A stretch of DNA of 64,000 nucleotides from Escherichia coli O157:H7 (GCF_013167455.1 NZ_CP038328.1), one strand, 5' to 3'. Shown: positions 12,683 through 23,279, numbered from the stretch's first letter. Numbers and translations are program-made. Notes: a model not told the origin generated them from the sequence alone.

Positions 12683-13636
12683 GTGGATAGTAATAATCAA
12701 ATTGAATCCTGTTTAAGCAGAAAATCGTCAGAAGGTAAACCACAAATATTTACAACCTTACGAAATATTGATCTTAATCTTCTGACTATTTTTGAAGCTG
12801 TATATGTACATAAAGGGATCGTTAATGCAGCGAAAGTGCTTAATCTGACCCCCTCGGCAATCAGTCAGTCTATTCAGAAACTGCGCGTTATATTCCCTGA
12901 CCCATTGTTTATTCGCAAAGGCCAGGGTGTCACTCCTACCGCATTTGCGATGCATCTACATGAGTATATCAGTCAGGGCCTTGAGTCCATTCTTGGCGCG
13001 CTGGATATCGAAGGAAGCTATGATAAGCAACGAACGATAACTATTGCGACCACCCCCTCGGTCGGAGCTCTGGTCCTTCCTGTCATTTATCGGGCGATTA
13101 AAACTCACTATCCGCAGCTTTTACTGCGCAACCCGCCCATCAGCGACGCGGAAAACCAACTCAGTCAGTTTCAAACCGATCTCATCATAGATAACATGTT
13201 TTGCACCAATCGTACGGTGCAACATCATGTTCTGTTCACCGACAATATGGTGTTAATTTGCCGCGAGGGAAATCCACTACTCTCTTTAGAAGATGACAGA
13301 GAGACTATCGACAACGCTGCACATGTACTCCTGTTACCGGAAGGACAAAATTTCAGCGGTCTGCGGCAGAGAATTCAAGAGATGTTTCCGGACCGGCAGA
13401 TCAGCTTCACCAGCTACAACATTTTGACAATCGCTGCACTGGTTGCCAACAGTGACATGTTAGCGATTATTCCCAGCCGTTTTTATAACCTGTTTAGCCG
13501 TTGCTGGCCGCTGGAAAAACTGCCTTTTCCGTCCTTAAATGAGGAGCAAATAGATTTCTCTATCCACTACAACAAATTCAGCCTGCGTGATCCCATCCTG
13601 CACGGAGTAATAGATGTTATCCGTAATGCATTTTGA
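12683..13636 (+). CDS. ybeF: LysR-family transcriptional regulator
   Basis: 317 aa ORF, GTG start; N-terminal LysR HTH (LNLLTIFEAVYVHKGIVNAAKVLNLTPSAISQSIQKLR); gene and flanks visibly AT-rich. Confidence 0.85.
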   Translation: MDSNNQIESCLSRKSSEGKPQIFTTLRNIDLNLLTIFEAVYVHKGIVNAAKVLNLTPSAISQSIQKLRVIFPDPLFIRKGQGVTPTAFAMHLHEYISQGLESILGALDIEGSYDKQRTITIATTPSVGALVLPVIYRAIKTHYPQLLLRNPPISDAENQLSQFQTDLIIDNMFCTNRTVQHHVLFTDNMVLICREGNPLLSLEDDRETIDNAAHVLLLPEGQNFSGLRQRIQEMFPDRQISFTSYNILTIAALVANSDMLAIIPSRFYNLFSRCWPLEKLPFPSLNEEQIDFSIHYNKFSLRDPILHGVIDVIRNAF

Positions 13637-13844
13637 AAAAGTATTGTTACAGCCAGATCACAGCGCAGAACGATAAAATGGCACAATCCAACAACAATTT
13701 TACATTTTCGCGACCGCTTTGGCTGCTTTCAGGTCCGTTTCAATGATATACTGCCAGTCGTTAATTCAAAAATAGTTGATAATTACAACAATCTATTGAA
13801 TTGAAACGCTTTCCTTCGTAATTCGCAACTGGAACACGCACGCT

Positions 13845-14810
13845 ATGAGTAAACCCATTGTGATGGAACGCGGTGTTAAATACCGCGATGCCGATAAGAT
13901 GGCCCTTATCCCGGTTAAAAACGTGGCAACAGAGCGCGAAGCCCTGCTGCGCAAGCCGGAATGGATGAAAATCAAGCTTCCAGCGGACTCTACACGTATC
14001 CAGGGCATCAAAGCCGCAATGCGCAAAAATGGCCTGCATTCTGTCTGCGAGGAAGCCTCCTGCCCTAACCTGGCGGAATGCTTCAACCACGGCACAGCAA
14101 CGTTTATGATCCTGGGCGCTATTTGTACCCGCCGTTGTCCGTTCTGTGACGTTGCCCACGGTCGCCCGGTAGCTCCTGATGCCAATGAGCCAGTGAAACT
14201 GGCGCAGACCATTGCCGATATGGCGCTGCGTTATGTGGTTATCACCTCCGTTGACCGTGATGACCTGCGCGATGGCGGTGCCCAACACTTTGCGGATTGT
14301 ATTACTGCCATTCGGGAAAAAAGCCCGCAAATCAAAATTGAAACTCTGGTGCCGGATTTCCGCGGTCGTATGGATCGTGCTCTGGATATTCTGACTGCAA
14401 CGCCCCCAGATGTGTTCAACCATAACCTGGAAAACGTACCGCGTATTTACCGGCAGGTACGGCCTGGCGCAGATTACAACTGGTCGCTGAAGCTGCTGGA
14501 ACGCTTTAAAGAAGCGCATCCGGAAATCCCGACCAAGTCTGGTCTGATGGTGGGTCTGGGTGAAACCAATGAAGAAATTATTGAGGTAATGCGCGACCTG
14601 CGCCGTCATGGTGTGACGATGTTAACGCTGGGGCAATATTTGCAGCCAAGCCGCCATCACCTGCCGGTTCAACGTTACGTTAGCCCGGATGAGTTCGACG
14701 AAATGAAAGCCGAAGCGCTGGCGATGGGCTTTACCCATGCTGCATGCGGTCCGTTTGTCCGCTCTTCTTACCACGCCGATTTGCAGGCGAAAGGGATGGA
14801 AGTTAAGTAA
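13845..14810 (+). CDS. lipA: lipoyl synthase (radical SAM)
   Basis: 321 aa ORF; both Cys clusters visible ([12 protein letters not shown] and CTRRCPFC). Confidence 0.97.
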
Positions 14811-14840
14811 TCCTGTAATAATTACTTACATCTGTCTGAT

Positions 14841-14870
14841 AAAAAACCCGCTTTTTGAAGCGGGTTTTTT
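14841..14870. terminator. bidirectional rho-independent terminator between convergent lipA and tatE
   Basis: aaaaaacccgctttttgaagcgggtttttt: GC stem flanked by A-run and T-run, so it can terminate either strand. Confidence 0.7.
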
Positions 14871-14910
14871 GTATCGAACAAGATATTGAGGGAGCGTCCT
14901 GCTCGCCACG

Positions 14911-15114
14911 TCACTCTTTATGAGAGAGCTTTTCAGCCTGAAGATCAACGTCTGCGCCTTTTTTCGCCGCAGCATCGTCATCATTCATCGCCTTCTTGAA
15001 CCCTTTAATGGCCGCTCCAAGGTCTCCGCCCAGCGTACGTAACTTCTTAGTCCCAAACAGCAGAACGACCAGCGCCGCAACTACCAGCAGTTTGGTAATA
15101 CTAATCTCACCCAT
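14911..15114 (-). CDS. tatE: twin-arginine translocase subunit TatE
   Basis: 67 aa ORF; TatA/E-type N-terminal TM helix followed by amphipathic helix. Confidence 0.93.
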   Translation of the reverse strand: MGEISITKLLVVAALVVLLFGTKKLRTLGGDLGAAIKGFKKAMNDDDAAAKKGADVDLQAEKLSHKE

Positions 15115-15242
15115 AGATACCTTCTTGACATATAACCGGCAACAGAACGCGCCTTAAAAACCAAAGAATATTAACGGTCATTCGACGCGCGCACACAATA
15201 GCAATCTGTAACAAGGTGAATCAAGCGCCGAGTAAAAAAACA

Positions 15243-16037
15243 TCATAATAATTGCGGCGGCGCAAAGCGACGGTTGTTTAAGACGGGCAGTTGCGCGCGC
15301 ACCTGACGCACACGTTCGGGCGTCACTTCCGCCATAATGAGTGCAGGCATTTCTGACGCTGCCGCAATGGTGACGCCAAAGGGATCTATAATCCGGCTTT
15401 GCCCGATATTTTTGTTCCCGCACTCCCCCGCCGCCACCATATAACAGGTGGTATCCAGCGCACGAGCGGCAAGCAACGTTGACCAGTGGTGCTCTTTGAG
15501 CGGCCCGCGAACCCAGGCGGCAGGAAGTACCAGGATTTCAGCTCCCTGTAATGCCTGTGCCAGCGCCAGCTCTGGAAAGCGTAAGTCATAACAGGTCATC
15601 AGACCGACCTTCATCCCCTCCACCTCGAGTAACGGAGCAATTTCATTACCAGCATCAACACGGCGTGATTCCTGAATGGCAAATGCATCATAGAGATGCA
15701 ATTTGGCATAACGGGCGACGATGTTTCCTGCCTGTAGCGCCACCAGCATATTCCATGCGCGCCCCGGCGTTGAAGGAACATGAATCGTCAGAATTGTCGT
15801 CATCATGTTACGTTTACTTTCTCGCCGTAAACGTCCGAGGAATTCGCCTTCCAGCAGCTGTGCTGATTTAACCGATAGATCTGCATCATGATCATCGCGC
15901 GCCAGCAATGCTTCCGGCAGGACAAACAGCGATACGTCGTTTTCCGCCGCCTGCGCCATCAACGAGGCACAAATCTCAGCGTTCTTTTCCCACACAGATG
16001 TAACAGCAAACTGTCCTGCAGCAACCAGCATTGCCAC
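15243..16037 (-). CDS. ybeM: C-N hydrolase (nitrilase-superfamily) protein; uninterrupted ORF here
   Basis: 264 aa continuous ORF with candidate catalytic residues in nitrilase-like context (LFVLPE Glu, AKLHLYD Lys, [11 protein letters not shown] Cys); I recall reference annotations treating ybeM as a pseudogene but cannot verify that. Confidence 0.75.
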
Positions 16038-16123
16038 CTCCTGTCAGAGTCGTAAAATTCGCCAACGACGATTATTCGGCGTTACACTTATCACTCATAC
16101 AAATCAAATAGCAGGATTTTGCA

Positions 16124-16507
16124 GTGTTACAACTTCTTTTAGCAGTTTTTATTGGCGGTGGTACGGGAAGCGTGGCGAGATGGCTGTTAAGTATGCGATT
16201 TAACCCGCTGCATCAGGCGATTCCGTTGGGGACGCTGGCAGCAAACCTGATTGGGGCATTCATCATAGGAATGGGATTCGCCTGGTTCAGCAGGATGACG
16301 AACATTGATCCAGTGTGGAAAGTATTAATCACCACCGGATTTTGTGGCGGTCTAACAACCTTCTCAACATTTTCGGCAGAAGTGGTGTTTTTGTTACAAG
16401 AGGGCCGCTTTGGCTGGGCATTACTGAACGTTTTCGTCAACCTTCTGGGGTCTTTTGCCATGACCGCACTGGCATTCTGGCTGTTTTCGGCCTCAACCGC
16501 ACACTAA
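16124..16507 (+). CDS. crcB: fluoride ion channel CrcB/FluC
   Basis: 127 aa hydrophobic ORF with GTG start; recognised as CrcB. Confidence 0.92.
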
Positions 16508-16512
16508 AGACC

Positions 16513-16541
16513 AAAAAAAACCCGCTGATTAAGCGGGTTTT
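16513..16541. terminator. bidirectional rho-independent terminator between convergent crcB and cspE
   Basis: aaaaaaaacccgctgattaagcgggtttt: GC stem with flanking A and T runs. Confidence 0.7.
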
Positions 16542-16560
16542 GAATTCTTGCTGACGTATC

Positions 16561-16770
16561 TTACAGAGCGATTACGTTTGCAGCAGAAGGGCCTTTGGCA
16601 CCGTTAGTGATTTCGAACTCTACGCGCTGACCTTCAGCAAGAGTTTTAAAACCATTAGTCTGGATTGCAGAGAAGTGTACGAACACGTCTTTGCTGCCGT
16701 CTTCCGGAGTAATGAAACCGAATCCTTTGGACTCATTAAACCACTTAACGTTACCTTTAATCTTAGACAT
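16561..16770 (-). CDS. cspE: cold-shock-domain protein CspE
   Basis: 69 aa from internal ATG of the track ORF ([20 protein letters not shown]...); RNP1 motif KGFGFI. Confidence 0.95.
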
Positions 16771-16944
16771 CAAAATTACCTTTACATGAAAAATAGACAC
16801 AAATGCTGTGTCGGTTACCAGTACACCAATTGTGGTACGCTTTGTCCAGTGCAACTTTACTAAAAAGTGATAAAAATCGCGTTATTTTTGATGTTGCTTA
16901 TTTTAGTTATTGATTTTAAAGAAGTTACTAAAACTTCATTTGTC

Positions 16945-17505
16945 TCAAAACTGAAAGCGCATCCAGGCAAAGTACACATTGCCATTGTTGTAGGTACCCG
17001 GAATGTAGGTCATCTGAAAAGTAACTGGGCCATAACCCACGGAGGCCAATGGCAGTAGAACCGGGAGAGGGATGTAATTCCAGTTATCGCGTGCCGTTAC
17101 GCCAGCGGTGAATCCCAGACCTAAATGAAAATTTTCATCCGCCAGCGGTCGCCAGGTACTTTCCCATCCGTATCCGGCAATCGGTTCCCATTTGTTCCAC
17201 GAGTCCTTAAATGCCATGGCATACAGGCCATGCCAGTTTCCTTTTTCATCCCAACGCGACAGGCCAAAACCGCCACCCCACGGTCGCTCGTTATAGCGAT
17301 CGGTTTTTTCTTTGTCGTAAGCGAAACGTGCATGCCAGGTGATGGCAGGAATATATAAATCATAATGTTCAGGCTGTTGCCAGGTTTGTACAATATTTTC
17401 TCTAAACGTTGTCATCCACTCATCTGCGTTAGCAAAAACTTTACCAACGCTGATTAACTGAATAAAAACAAAGGAAAAGATAGCGACATATTTACTCACG
17501 TTCAT
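16945..17505 (-). CDS. pagP: lipid A palmitoyltransferase PagP (outer membrane)
   Basis: 186 aa from internal ATG ([14 protein letters not shown]...); signal peptide; C-terminal aromatic residue typical of OM beta-barrels. Confidence 0.93.
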   Translation of the reverse strand: MNVSKYVAIFSFVFIQLISVGKVFANADEWMTTFRENIVQTWQQPEHYDLYIPAITWHARFAYDKEKTDRYNERPWGGGFGLSRWDEKGNWHGLYAMAFKDSWNKWEPIAGYGWESTWRPLADENFHLGLGFTAGVTARDNWNYIPLPVLLPLASVGYGPVTFQMTYIPGTYNNGNVYFAWMRFQF

Positions 17506-17990
17506 TTGTGACCATAAAACATTTATCAAAAATCTACTACTAGCATAGCAAAGCTACAATTAACATAACCTTAACAGCCCCAACATAAAGAATAATCTGA
17601 ATAGCTGCTCTATTTATTTCCGCTTGTTCAAGTTAAATATTTCCGCGCATCGATTTAAAATGACACATCGTTTTCTGCGATGGGAATAGTCATAAAAGAA
17701 AAAGCTAGTTGTTTCTGACAACAAAATGCAACCAAGAAAAAATGACTTATTTTTTAATAAGATACCAAAAATCATCTTAACAGGGAATATATTATATATC
17801 GTCAACCCACGCCCATTGCAGATTATTTTTTGAGCACACAACCGCAGCTAACACCATTGCAATTAACAAATTTGCATCAATCCTCCATCAATTTACACAC
17901 ATTATTATGTGATAATTGCCAACCGCTAAATATGCGTTTTGTTATCTACGTATAAAAACAGCAACTTCAATGTCTTAATGGCAGTTTTTC

Positions 17991-18004
17991 TTGATTTTAA
18001 TCAG
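17991..18004. promoter_or_regulatory. putative FNR-binding site upstream of dcuC
   Basis: TTGATtttaATCAG matches FNR consensus TTGAT-N4-ATCAA at 9/10 positions; 90 nt upstream of the dcuC ATG; dcuC is anaerobically induced by established knowledge. Confidence 0.5.
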
Positions 18005-18093
18005 CATTCATCGCCAATTTATTGGGCATATTTTTTCCTTAAGCTTTAGGAATTTTTTATTATTTACTTTGGGGCCTGGAGACAGGAAAAATT

Positions 18094-19479
18094 ATGCTGA
18101 CATTCATTGAACTCCTTATTGGGGTTGTGGTTATTGTGGGTGTAGCTCGCTACATCATTAAAGGGTATTCCGCCACTGGTGTGTTATTTGTCGGTGGCCT
18201 GTTATTGCTGATTATCAGTGCCATTATGGGGCACAAAGTGTTACCGTCCAGCCAGGCTTCAACAGGCTACAGCGCCACGGATATCGTTGAATACGTTAAA
18301 ATATTACTAATGAGCCGCGGCGGCGACCTCGGCATGATGATTATGATGCTGTGTGGATTTGCCGCTTACATGACCCATATCGGCGCGAATGATATGGTGG
18401 TCAAGCTGGCGTCAAAACCATTGCAGTATATTAACTCCCCTTACCTGCTGATGATTGCCGCCTATTTTGTCGCCTGTCTAATGTCTCTGGCCGTCTCTTC
18501 CGCAACCGGTCTGGGTGTTTTGCTGATGGCAACCCTATTTCCGGTGATGGTAAACGTTGGTATCAGTCGTGGCGCAGCTGCTGCCATTTGTGCCTCCCCG
18601 GCGGCGATTATTCTCGCACCGACTTCAGGGGATGTGGTGCTGGCGGCGCAAGCTTCCGAAATGTCGCTGATTGACTTCGCCTTCAAAACGACGCTGCCTA
18701 TCTCAATTGCTGCAATTATCGGCATGGCGATCGCCCACTTCTTCTGGCAACGTTATCTGGATAAAAAAGAGCACATCTCTCATGAAATGTTAGATGTCAG
18801 TGAAATCACCACCACTGCCCCTGCGTTTTATGCCATTTTGCCGTTCACGCCGATCATCGGTGTACTGATTTTTGACGGTAAATGGGGTCCGCAATTACAC
18901 ATCATCACTATTCTGGTGATTTGTATGCTGATTGCCTCCATTCTGGAGTTCCTCCGCAGCTTTAATACCCAGAAAGTTTTCTCTGGTCTGGAAGTGGCTT
19001 ATCGCGGGATGGCAGATGCGTTTGCTAACGTGGTGATGCTGCTGGTTGCCGCTGGGGTATTCGCTCAGGGGCTTAGCACCATCGGCTTTATTCAAAGTCT
19101 GATTTCTATCGCTACCTCGTTTGGTTCGGCGAGTATCATCCTGATGCTGGTATTGGTGATTCTGACAATGCTGGCGGCAGTCACGACCGGTTCAGGCAAT
19201 GCGCCGTTTTATGCGTTTGTTGAGATGATCCCGAAACTGGCGCACTCTTCCGGCATTAACCCGGCGTATTTGACTATCCCGATGCTGCAGGCGTCAAACC
19301 TGGGCCGTACCCTTTCGCCCGTTTCTGGCGTAGTCGTTGCGGTTGCCGGGATGGCGAAGATCTCGCCGTTTGAAGTCGTAAAACGCACCTCGGTACCGGT
19401 GCTTGTTGGTTTGGTGATTGTTATCGTTGCTACAGAGCTGATGGTGCCAGGAACGGCAGCAGCGGTCACAGGCAAGTAA
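18094..19479 (+). CDS. dcuC: anaerobic C4-dicarboxylate transporter DcuC
   Basis: 461 aa polytopic membrane ORF recognised as DcuC; uninterrupted. Confidence 0.95.
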   Translation: MLTFIELLIGVVVIVGVARYIIKGYSATGVLFVGGLLLLIISAIMGHKVLPSSQASTGYSATDIVEYVKILLMSRGGDLGMMIMMLCGFAAYMTHIGANDMVVKLASKPLQYINSPYLLMIAAYFVACLMSLAVSSATGLGVLLMATLFPVMVNVGISRGAAAAICASPAAIILAPTSGDVVLAAQASEMSLIDFAFKTTLPISIAAIIGMAIAHFFWQRYLDKKEHISHEMLDVSEITTTAPAFYAILPFTPIIGVLIFDGKWGPQLHIITILVICMLIASILEFLRSFNTQKVFSGLEVAYRGMADAFANVVMLLVAAGVFAQGLSTIGFIQSLISIATSFGSASIILMLVLVILTMLAAVTTGSGNAPFYAFVEMIPKLAHSSGINPAYLTIPMLQASNLGRTLSPVSGVVVAVAGMAKISPFEVVKRTSVPVLVGLVIVIVATELMVPGTAAAVTGK

Positions 19480-19519
19480 ATAGTAATGCCGGAGGCAAGT
19501 TTCCTCCGGCTTTATCATG

Positions 19520-20200
19520 TCACCCACTGTGGTATATGCGTTGCGGTCTGCCAACTTTGCCGTGAACAATTTCAGCAATAATCAGATGGCGGCTGGCGCA
19601 ATATTCAAGATAACGCCTGGCAGTGGTGCGACTGATGGTCAGTGCCTGCGCCACCGTTTCTGCCGTATGTTGCACACCAGGCTCTTTAAACAGTTTTCGC
19701 ACCGCGTTTAGCGTCAAGGGGTCAATGCCGGTCGGCAGTTCGTCTTTGGGTTCACCGCGAGCATAGGCATTAAACATCTCATCAATTTGCTTCTGGCTGG
19801 CGCTATCAATACTTTCCAGCATATGTTTACGCTGGCGGAAACGGGTTAGCGTTTGCCCCAGCCGTTCATAGGCAATGGGCTTAATGAGATAATCAAATAC
19901 ACCACAACGTACGGCTTCAGACACCGTTTCCATATCGCTGGCTGCAGTGGTAAACACCACGTCGCCGGGATAATGCGCCTGCACCAGTTCATGCAGTAAA
20001 TTAATCCCTCTACCGTCAGGAAGATAGTTATCGAGCAAGATTAGCCCCGGCTTAAAACGCTCGATCATCATTCGGGCCTGCGCCAGGTTTCCCGCCAGTA
20101 ATATCTGACTGAATCCGGGAATGTGACGAATATATTCAGCATGCATCTCTGCCAGCGGCGTTTCGTCCTCAACGATCAATAGGGTTAATGGAGCTGTCAT
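19520..20200 (-). CDS. dpiA: two-component response regulator DpiA (CitB)
   Basis: 226 aa ORF; receiver domain (LLIVEDE...LILLDNYLPDG) plus C-terminal HTH; start overlaps dpiB 3' end. Confidence 0.93.
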   Translation of the reverse strand: MTAPLTLLIVEDETPLAEMHAEYIRHIPGFSQILLAGNLAQARMMIERFKPGLILLDNYLPDGRGINLLHELVQAHYPGDVVFTTAASDMETVSEAVRCGVFDYLIKPIAYERLGQTLTRFRQRKHMLESIDSASQKQIDEMFNAYARGEPKDELPTGIDPLTLNAVRKLFKEPGVQHTAETVAQALTISRTTARRYLEYCASRHLIIAEIVHGKVGRPQRIYHSG

Positions 20201-21827
20201 TTGGTTTCACTTTCGGAATATAGATTGAAAATAAGGTACCGCAGGGATCATTATCTTCGAGAGTGATAACACCACCGCAGCGCGTTACGTAGCTGGCAAT
20301 CAAGTACAACCCAATGCCATGTTCACCGGGCTCGTCAGCACGCGTACTGACCCCCTGCTCAAATATTTTGTCTCGTAGAGACTCTGGAACGCCGCAGCCC
20401 TGATCGGCGACTTCAATCACCACATCATCGCCTTCATCGCTGAGGAATAATTCAACGATCTTGTTTCCTTCATCGCTACGCAGGCTGGCTTCGAAGGCGT
20501 TATCAAGTAAATTGCCCACAATGGCTGCAAACTCGGTGCTATCCAGTCCTGGCGGCAGTTGCGAAAGCTGGCTACCGGGGACAATGATCATTTTTAGCCC
20601 CAGTTCCCGGGCGCGCTGCACTTTACCAAAAAGCAGCCCCGCCACCTGGCGATCGGCAAACGCCTCGCGCAGGCTGTCAATAAGCTGTTGCTGGGCCTGA
20701 GACTCCCCCTGCACCATCGCCAGCACGCGATCATACTCTTTCATCTGCAACAGACCATTGAGCGTCGACATCCAATTGAGATGCTCGTGTCGCAATGTAC
20801 GAAGGCTCTCAACGTATTGTTTTATTTGCGTCAGTTGCGCATTGAGGGTGGAAATTTCGTCTTTACTGCGAAAGCTGATAATGGCCCCCAGCAAATCATC
20901 ACCTGAACGAATAGCTTCCCGATTGGCAATAACGCTCAGACCGTTAAAGTTAGCCACTACATCCTGACGTTTTTCATCAATCTGTTCGGTAAAGAAATCG
21001 GCGGGCCTGACCACTTCAGCAATGGGTTTACCCAACCATTGCCGTCCGGGAGAGCTCAGCCCCAGCATCTTTCTTGCGTTACGATTGATGGCGGTAATGT
21101 AACCATGCGGATCCACCGCAATCAGCCCTTCATAAACCGAACTAAACAGCGCCTCTTGCTGACGGACCACGCGTGCGATTTGCTTTGGCTCCATGCCCAT
21201 CATTTGCCGACGGATATGCGCTGCCAGGAACCACGACAGCAACATCAGAATCCCTAACAGCACGACAAACACGCCTGCCATCGGTAATAAAAACTCAGCC
21301 CGCCAGCTATCGATTTTACTCACCAGGTAGCCAATCGACACCACGCCGATGACTTTTCCATCGTCATCAAAGATTGGCGTTTTGGCGCGCATCGCCATCC
21401 CCATTGACCCTTTCCCGGTAATGAAGTAGCTCTCCCCTTTCTCCAGCGCGCCCTGTTTGGTGAACTGCATAGGATAACCAATTTTCTCCGGATTAGGATG
21501 GTAAAGGCGGATCGAGTGCCGGTCCCCAATCACCACATAATCAAAATCGGTATCTCTTTGTAATTTGTTAGCGATGGTCGCCAGCCGTTTGTAGTCACGC
21601 GTTTTCACCTCAGAGATGACACTGTCATTGGAGGCAATAATTTTCGCCTGATTCATTGCCATGTCGCGTACATGAAGCGTTAAATAGTCCTCAAAACTGG
21701 CCGTAAAATATTGCGCCAGGGCTGCAATGACAAATATTGAGAACACCAGAATCAGCAAAAAGATACGCAGCGGAAATGCCAGTCTTTGGAAAAATGCAAA
21801 CTGTTTATTCTCGTTAAGCTGCAACAT
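20169..21827 (-). CDS. dpiB: sensor histidine kinase DpiB (CitA)
   Basis: 552 aa from internal ATG (MLQLNENKQFAFF...); two TM segments flanking a periplasmic domain; H-box region (LRHEHLNWMSTL). Confidence 0.92.
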   Translation of the reverse strand: MLQLNENKQFAFFQRLAFPLRIFLLILVFSIFVIAALAQYFTASFEDYLTLHVRDMAMNQAKIIASNDSVISEVKTRDYKRLATIANKLQRDTDFDYVVIGDRHSIRLYHPNPEKIGYPMQFTKQGALEKGESYFITGKGSMGMAMRAKTPIFDDDGKVIGVVSIGYLVSKIDSWRAEFLLPMAGVFVVLLGILMLLSWFLAAHIRRQMMGMEPKQIARVVRQQEALFSSVYEGLIAVDPHGYITAINRNARKMLGLSSPGRQWLGKPIAEVVRPADFFTEQIDEKRQDVVANFNGLSVIANREAIRSGDDLLGAIISFRSKDEISTLNAQLTQIKQYVESLRTLRHEHLNWMSTLNGLLQMKEYDRVLAMVQGESQAQQQLIDSLREAFADRQVAGLLFGKVQRARELGLKMIIVPGSQLSQLPPGLDSTEFAAIVGNLLDNAFEASLRSDEGNKIVELFLSDEGDDVVIEVADQGCGVPESLRDKIFEQGVSTRADEPGEHGIGLYLIASYVTRCGGVITLEDNDPCGTLFSIYIPKVKPNDSSINPIDR

Positions 21828-22206
21828 TGTTTTCCTTGCGGGTTGTCCCGAGCCTCTTTGACGGATGTAATTAAAATGTTGAATCAAAATACATAGATAT
21901 TAATTATGATCGTGGCAAATTTTATTCATTAAATCAATTAAATCACTTAAACCTGCGAGTCATTTCGTAATTATATTAATTAAAAAACTTAAAACCATTA
22001 AATAAATAAAAAACCACTAACTCTATGTGAAATAAATCAAAATTTCACGCCGAAATACTCCTTAGGATGTATAGCGAAAGGAGAAAAAGATATACCTCGA
22101 TCACCCCCCTTTCTCCCAAGTGAAAATAAAAGGTTATCAGTTTGCAACATTGAACAACATTCGTTGCAAATCGATAACAACATGCACCTTCAGGATACTA
22201 TTTATT
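21828..22206. promoter_or_regulatory. divergent dpiB / citC control region
   Basis: 379-bp very AT-rich intergenic region between divergent dpiBA and citCDEFXG-citT; individual binding sites not resolved by eye. Confidence 0.5.
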
Positions 22207-23265
22207 ATGTTCGGCAATGATATTTTCACCCGCGTAAAACGTTCAGAAAATAAAAAAATGGCGGAAATCGCCCAATTCCTGCATGAAAATGATTTGAGCG
22301 TTGACACCACAGTCGAAGTATTTATTACCGTAACCCGCGATGAAAAGCTTATCGCGTGCGGTGGAATTGCCGGAAATATTATTAAATGCGTTGCTATCAG
22401 TGAATCCGTTCGCGGTGAAGGACTGGCGCTGACATTAGCCACTGAACTGATAAACCTCGCCTATGAGCGGCACAGCACGCATCTGTTTATTTATACCAAA
22501 ACCGAATACGAGGCGCTGTTCCGCCAGTGCGGTTTTTCCACGCTGACCAGCGTACCCGGCGTGATGGTGCTGATGGAAAACAGCGCCACGCGACTGAAAC
22601 GCTATGCCGAATCGCTGAAAAAATTTCGTCATCCAGGGAACAAGATTGGCTGCATTGCGATGAACGCCAATCCCTTTACGAATGGTCACCGTTATCTGAT
22701 TCAACAAGCTGCGGCACAGTGCGACTGGTTGCATCTGTTTTTAGTCAAAGAAGATTCTTCACGCTTCCCCTATGAAGACCGGCTGGATCTGGTGTTAAAA
22801 GGCACCGCCGATATTCCACGCCTGACTGTGCATCGCGGCTCCGAATACATCATCTCCCGCGCTACGTTCCCTTGCTACTTCATTAAAGAACAGAGCGTCA
22901 TTAACCATTGTTACACCGAAATTGATCTGAAGATTTTCCGTCAGTACCTCGCTCCCGCGCTGGGTGTAACTCACCGCTTTGTCGGTACTGAATCCTTTTG
23001 TCGCGTTACCGCCCAGTACAACCAGGATATGCGCTACTGGCTGGAAACGCCGACTATCTCCGCAGCGCCCATCGAACTGGTTGAAATTGAGCGGCTGCGT
23101 TACCAGGAGATGCCGATATCCGCTTCCCGGGTACGTCAACTGCTGGCGAAAAACGATCTCACGGCTATCGCGCCGCTGGTCCCTGCAGTCACGCTGCATT
23201 ATTTGCAGAACCTGCTTGAGCACTCCCGCCAGGACGCGGCAGCTCGTCAAAAGACCCCCGCATGA
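22207..23265 (+). CDS. citC: [citrate (pro-3S)-lyase] ligase
   Basis: 352 aa from internal ATG (MFGNDIFTRV...); first gene of the citrate lyase cluster. Confidence 0.9.
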   Translation: MFGNDIFTRVKRSENKKMAEIAQFLHENDLSVDTTVEVFITVTRDEKLIACGGIAGNIIKCVAISESVRGEGLALTLATELINLAYERHSTHLFIYTKTEYEALFRQCGFSTLTSVPGVMVLMENSATRLKRYAESLKKFRHPGNKIGCIAMNANPFTNGHRYLIQQAAAQCDWLHLFLVKEDSSRFPYEDRLDLVLKGTADIPRLTVHRGSEYIISRATFPCYFIKEQSVINHCYTEIDLKIFRQYLAPALGVTHRFVGTESFCRVTAQYNQDMRYWLETPTISAAPIELVEIERLRYQEMPISASRVRQLLAKNDLTAIAPLVPAVTLHYLQNLLEHSRQDAAARQKTPA

Positions 23266-23279
23266 GAAACAGGTGAAAA

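Noticed and set aside
16038-16123. Possible fluoride riboswitch (crcB motif) upstream of crcB
   Set aside because: The ybeM-crcB spacer is only 86 nt and I could not see the conserved crcB-motif pseudoknot sequence; from memory E. coli crcB is not riboswitch-controlled. Not confirmable without a covariance-model search.
17614-17841. 75-codon minus-strand ORF in the pagP-dcuC intergenic region
   Set aside because: Very AT-rich and low-complexity, no Shine-Dalgarno sequence, and it sits in a promoter region; most likely a chance ORF.
22120-22206. In-frame upstream extensions of track ORFs beyond the starts I assigned (citC, citE, citF, rna, ahpF, dsbG, dpiB, pagP, cspE, entA, entC, fepD, fepC, entF, ybdZ, fepA)
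   Set aside because: The internal starts give the known protein lengths and N-termini (signal peptides, motifs) and in several cases overlap the upstream stop codon; the extensions run through upstream genes or terminator hairpins.
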